From Octopus bimaculoides (taxonomy: Eukaryota), in the NCBI RefSeq assembly GCF_001194135.2, contig NC_069001.1:36809747-36864762 (forward strand): DNA of 55,016 nucleotides, given 5' to 3'. The notes under the pieces were generated by a model. That model did not search any database, was not told the DNA's origin, and saw only the letters and a program-made list of their open reading frames with translations. Numbering within the stretch: the stretch's first letter is position 1; every line of letters starts with the position of its first letter. Below are positions 50,440 to 55,016 of the stretch, one piece after another. Made by a program: the position numbers and the translations under genes.

Positions 50440-50472
50440 CTTCATCATCATTAGACTTAGGAGATTTTGGCA
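50440..50472 (-). CDS. BORCS5: BORCS5 33-nt microexon: (V)PKSPKSNDDE
   Basis: Acceptor atattttttcag|TG and donor GAAG|gtaagc; phase 1-1 and open; in frame with the start exon (G|TG = Val). Assigned on splice signals and phase rather than strong homology. Confidence 0.7.
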
Positions 50473-50682
50473 CTGAAAAAATATTTACCAATATGAAAAG
50501 TACATGTGCTTGACAGAGTTAATTAATTAAGATGGATTTGTTGGTTGGATTTAATTAACAGCAATATAGAATGTTTCAATTTATTCTAAATCATCCAACT
50601 AAATTCAGAATGTAAGATAGAAGATAATAAACCACAGTAATTATACTAGGTGTTAATTGGTTACAAAAGATCCACCTACCAT

Positions 50683-50722
<40 letters not shown>

Positions 50723-50849
50723 CTTTGTAAAAAGATGTGACAGCATATGATGAATGCCTCAGCCTCATCACTGGTATTTTAGTTTTTTGGTCTTTTCGAG
50801 AGGAATAACTCAAGATTTCAAGGCCAGTTCTTATTTATTATTATTTTTA

Positions 50850-51090
50850 TTATGGCCGGGTTCCACCCAGGGCTGCAGCAACAAGGTCCACCTGCCGCAT
50901 TTCTCCATCCGTCATCACAGCCTCTAGGTCCTGGATACACTCCGACCCAATGTCTGTAATCAAGTTGTCGATGTAAATGTGACAACATTTTCCTCTTCTT
51001 ACATCAGCATGAAGTGGATTCCACAAGACTAATCTGGATACTTCCAGTTCAGGGTGGCACATGCAGTGAGTAGATAGTTGCAATCATCTT
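50850..51090 (-). mobile_element. Decayed RTE-like LINE RT C-terminus
   Basis: HCMCHPELEVSRLVLWNPLHADVRRGKCCHIYIDNLITDIG resembles HC.R......DLVLW.P.HG.R..GRP...YID.L..DTG. Confidence 0.65.
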
Positions 51091-51231
51091 TGCCTCATCT
51101 TCCAGCTCTCATTCCATCTATATAACAGCATCTCTCTCTCTCAAGACAGCAATTGTGAATATGTTTTACAATGAAAAACCTCAGTAATTCACTATTTGTA
51201 AATCTCACAATGAGAGATATTCAGCTCGCCA

Positions 51232-51233
51232 CC

Positions 51234-51322
<89 letters not shown>
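51232..51322 (+). repeat. (AAT)n microsatellite ~20 nt into the intron after the BORCS5 start exon
   Basis: Direct reading; it produces the poly-Leu in track ORF 51205..51531. Confidence 0.95.
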
Positions 51323-51324
<2 letters not shown>

Positions 51325-51344
51325 AATGATGGAAAATGCATTAC

Positions 51345-51459
51345 CTCCATCGATGGGTTTGCTTATTGAGTATGTTGTATATGGTATGTCTTCATCACGC
51401 TGGGATCGCAGACTGCTGCCTGGGGCACCAGCCGGAAGGCTACTTTGTTCAGAGCCCAT
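51345..51459 (-). CDS. BORCS5: BORCS5 first coding exon: MGSEQSSLPAGAPGSSLRSQRDEDIPYTTYSISKPIDG
   Basis: MGSEQSS N-myristoylation start, the same as the recalled human N-terminus. Acceptor tttctgaatttag| at 51467 leaves 8 nt of 5' UTR. Donor GGAG|gtaatg (phase 1). Confidence 0.9.
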
Positions 51460-51574
51460 CCAGTTTCCTAAATTCAGAAAGAAAAAAAAATGGAAATGAC
51501 AAATATACATAATTACATTTTTTTTTAACAAACAGTAATTAGTCAGATGTTTTATTATAACGATAATAATATTA

Positions 51575-51930
51575 GTTTCAAATTTTGCTACAAGGCCAGC
51601 AAATTTTCAGATGAACATGTAAGTTGACTACATCAACCCCAGCATTCAATTGCAAAAGGATGAAAGACAAGCTGACCTGTGTGGGATTTGAACTCGGAAC
51701 ATAAAGAGCCAGGACAAATGCTGCTGAAGCCTTATTGTCTGATGACTAACAACTCTGCCAGTTTACCATCTTAGCAATAATTTATGCACATAGCTAATAA
51801 TTTTGTGAGGAGAAAGTTAATCAATTACATTGATCCCAGTACTTGGCCAATATTTACTTTTACTGAGCCTGAAAGAAAGAAAGGAAAAGTCTACCTAGGA
51901 AGGAGTTAAACTCAAAATGTAAAAGAGTAG
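51575..51930 (-). mobile_element. Two degenerate family A SINEs
   Basis: gctacaaggccagc...ggatgaaagacaag...gggatttgaactcggaac..., then a second, weaker unit. Confidence 0.65.
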
Positions 51931-52604
51931 GAAAAAATAGCCCAAGGTATACTGAGAATAAGGTGAGCGATGCAAGAAGCCATTTGTAATCAACTCTTAA
52001 ACAATAATGAAACACAAACGAGAATTACTACCAAAAACTATGGAGTCTGAAAACTGTTATTTTAGGTACAAGAACAGTGTCTAGGATAAATGTTTAATAG
52101 GTAAGCAAGTAGATGGCTGAGTATTGGAAAAAAATAATTTGCGGTTCGTTTATGCATTTACATTCCAAGTTCAAATCCTGTCCATACTTTCTTTACAATT
52201 CAGCCTTCTGAGATCGCTAAAACAATCACTGGAAGAAAGTGGAATGGTTGATATAACAGTCTAGACCAAAGAAGTTGATGTCTCAGCACAGTTGCAGATT
52301 AATTTTTCTAATTCAAATTAGTATTAAAACATAAACTGATGGGGGGAGGGCATGGTGGTATATACTTCAAATACTTACTGATAATGCTTACTCGGTGGTC
52401 ACAGAAAATGGCAATCCTTCGATATTGGTACACGACGTCATCCTCCCCATACAACCTTCCCTCATGACATGGACAAAGAGGCTAGGCTGAAAAAGAGGGT
52501 GAATGACGTCGTCTCTTTACACCGACCCTCTGTAGACCAACCCCGAAGGAACGCCAAAAAATATATCAACTATTCTGGGATAACATATATAGAAGTATTG
52601 TGGA

Positions 52605-52770
52605 GCTGACTGCATCGTTAGAGCATCAGAAAAAATGCTGTGCTGTATTTGTTCCGACTCGATGCATTCTGACCTCGGATCTTTCGGGTCCACTTTGCTT
52701 TAAATTCTCGCGGAGTCGATATAAAATAAAGTACCAATCAAGTAATGGGATCAATGGTGTCGATTAATCC
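52605..52770 (+). mobile_element. Degenerate family A-related SINE, + orientation
   Basis: gcatcgttagagcatcagaaaaaatgct...gtatttgttccgactc...gtcgatataaaataaagtaccaatcaagtaatggg.tcaat.gtgtcgatt. Confidence 0.6.
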
Positions 52771-53472
52771 CACTCACCTGAAATTTACTGGTCTTCTACC
52801 GAAATCAGAAACCATTATATTTGAAATTCAAACGCGCTCAGATTAAAATTAAATATTTATTTACATAGTGGTTACGAAATCTGAAATATGTGATTATTCT
52901 ATTTACAAAACTTACACCAATGTCGTATTATTTATATTTGAAATTCTAAATAGGGTGGAATTTACGAGACGTGATTACCCCAAATGGGCTGAAGTTACTT
53001 GAGTTGAAAAAAAATAAAACAGACTACATCAATGAATTTCACAATTTAAGGAAGATAGACGATGAAGGAATGATTAAAATAATAATAACAGCATTTAATG
53101 GAGAAAAGTAGAAACGTTTTGTTCGTTCTTTGTATATTTGGCCTTGTGTTTCCGCGTTGAAGTCGACAACGAGGTGTAAATAATACTGTTCGCAAATTTT
53201 GAGGGGGGGGCTGTCTGCAAAAATATTACAAAACCAAGATATTTCCCAAAGTAAAATATTTTTTCATAACCAACCCTAATTCGTTATTTTAAGAACCTTT
53301 GGTAAAATATGGAAATATAGCGAAATGAAGGTTTTGTTATGTGAAAGTGCGTCATCACTAAAAGACTAAATGAATGACAGACAATAATTAGACTCAGATA
53401 ATAACGATGGTTATATGGATATTATGATATTATTAAATATTAAGAAGTAAATACTTACCGAAACAAATACAC

Positions 53473-53790
53473 CTTTAGTCTTTAAAATACAAACAGAACA
53501 ACTATATATATACATACACTGAGTAACTTATACACACATACAGTAAAACTATATATATATACACAGTAACTATATATATTTATTTATATATATAAATATA
53601 TATATATATACAGTAACTATATATACACACAATCACTATATATATATTTATATATACACGGTAATTATATATATGCGTGTGTATATACACACAGTCACTA
53701 TCAGATGATTGTTGAAGCCTCCATTAATAACTCTCTAAAATAGAAGATAGAAAACCAAACACTTCATGTAAACAACTCATTGATGTACAT
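53473..53790 (+). repeat. Dispersed element with an internal CAGTAACTA(TA)n minisatellite; unexpanded copy at ~54346-54470
   Basis: Shared tttagtctttaaaata.aaacagaa and ctct.taaaatagaagata.aaaac flanks. Confidence 0.65.
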
Positions 53791-54007
53791 TTTCGTACTC
53801 TTCGCATAAAAGAGTACGTCCAGTGATATAACACTAGCAATCACGTCTAGAATTAGCTAAAACATATGAAATAGCTCAAATAAACAACAGTTATGAATTC
53901 CTGTACATAAGTATAAATATATAATTCCTTGGATTTGCGGAATGCCGGATACCAGCGAAATATCCGTTCAACTTAGCCTTAACCACTAATCCGAACCGTT
54001 TGTTTAC

Positions 54008-54070
54008 CTGAGCTTTTCGAGTTTTCTGTTTTGCCAGATCACGCAATGTGCTTTGCAGTTGATTTGCCTT
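54008..54070 (-). other. Candidate non-coding 5' exon of BORCS5 (3' end at donor CAG|gtaaac; 5' boundary unknown)
   Basis: Good donor in a CpG-retaining region upstream of an exon that starts with an acceptor. No transcript evidence. Confidence 0.35.
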
Positions 54071-54643
54071 GATCTATTTAATTTGATCCTGTTATCTTTC
54101 TCTATACTAGATATTATATATTTATAAATTAGATTTTTCCCTATTAATATTAGATATTTTATATTTCCTTTTTAGGGTACTTTTAGTATAAGGGAAGTAA
54201 CTCTAAAAGCCTGCATATCATTGCTCCCCCCCCCCCNNNNNNNNNNCCCCCCCCTTACGCCACAAACCTGCTCTAAAAGTTTCTCTTCGAGACCCCGTGC
54301 ACGTCCTTGTTTAATCGGAATTTCGTAGATTGATGCAAATAAAACTTTAGTCTTTAAAATATAAACAGAAAGAGTTTCCATTTATACAGAGTAATTTTCA
54401 AAGGATTGTCACAACTTCCTTTAATACCTCTTTAAAATAGAAGATAATAAAACAATTCATTTACAAAATATTTATTTTCTCCCTATAAGAGTGTCTCTCT
54501 ATGGTTATATTCGGAAACCCACCTAGAAATAAACAGAATATGTGGAAAACTGCAGATAAATAAGTCACAAATTCTTATATATAAGTATTTTAATATATAT
54601 CGAAATATACGTAGAACCGCACCAAATATCCGGCAAGCTTATG

Positions 54644-54653
54644 ACCGGAAGTG
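54644..54653 (+). promoter_or_regulatory. ETS/GABP-type motif ACCGGAAGTG; candidate BORCS5 promoter region
   Basis: Exact match to the common metazoan housekeeping-promoter ETS motif, in a CpG-retaining patch (54600-54690) upstream of BORCS5. Confidence 0.45.
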
Positions 54654-55016
54654 GCCCATATTTCTGGATTTCCCGATTTCTGGAAAGTCTCTCCCCAGAC
54701 ACAACTAAATATAAATGTAAAATATAAAATAAACTAGGAAAATAAATAACTAAATTACATTTAACATATTCAAATAAATATACTTCTCATACAGGATCTG
54801 TTTGATATCTATTAAACCAGTTAATTTTTTTTTAATATATCATATTGTACCATGCATAAAGTTTACAAAATGAAAATTAAATCAAGAAAAGTAAAGAACA
54901 TGATTTTATTTAACAGATACAGGTACAAATTAATACGCTTCTAAAGCAGAGTATGTTTATTTTTTATCAATCCACATCTAAACTATTTTAAACATTTAAC
55001 GTATGCAAATGAACAA

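Noticed and set aside
53459-53480. Strong minus-strand donor TTTCG|gtaagtat as an extra BORCS5 5' UTR exon
   Set aside because: The putative exon would be 14-21 nt and overlaps a dispersed repeat; no independent support.

Overview
Repeat-rich, AT-rich eukaryotic genomic DNA with many N gaps. The SINE/LINE families and microsatellite load look like a coleoid cephalopod, probably Octopus; this is recalled from family sequence, not from a search. Two spliced minus-strand genes were reconstructed by hand. (1) BORCS5/myrlysin: an MGSEQSS start exon, a 33-nt microexon and the last coding exon are visible; the conserved middle exon(s) are absent from the called bases. (2) An orphan class A (rhodopsin-like) GPCR: four phase-compatible exons give 293 aa from the N-terminus through TM6, with IRY in place of DRY; its TM7 exon is not in the called sequence. 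Bases 1-9198 are an AT-only block followed by an ~8 kb CpG-saturated ACGA/ACGT satellite with repeated strand inversions, joined to the rest across an exactly 100-N gap. The remainder is SINEs, LINE 3' fragments, mariner- and piggyBac-like MITEs and microsatellites. The most unusual observations are the ACGN satellite and its possible CpG-decayed AT counterpart, a decayed minimal hammerhead-ribozyme motif behind a Pol III B-box, an intron-containing tRNA-Met-bodied pseudogene with a CAA anticodon, the IRY GPCR, and a triple-hairpin array in a BORCS5 intron. No prokaryotic features or CRISPR arrays are present.
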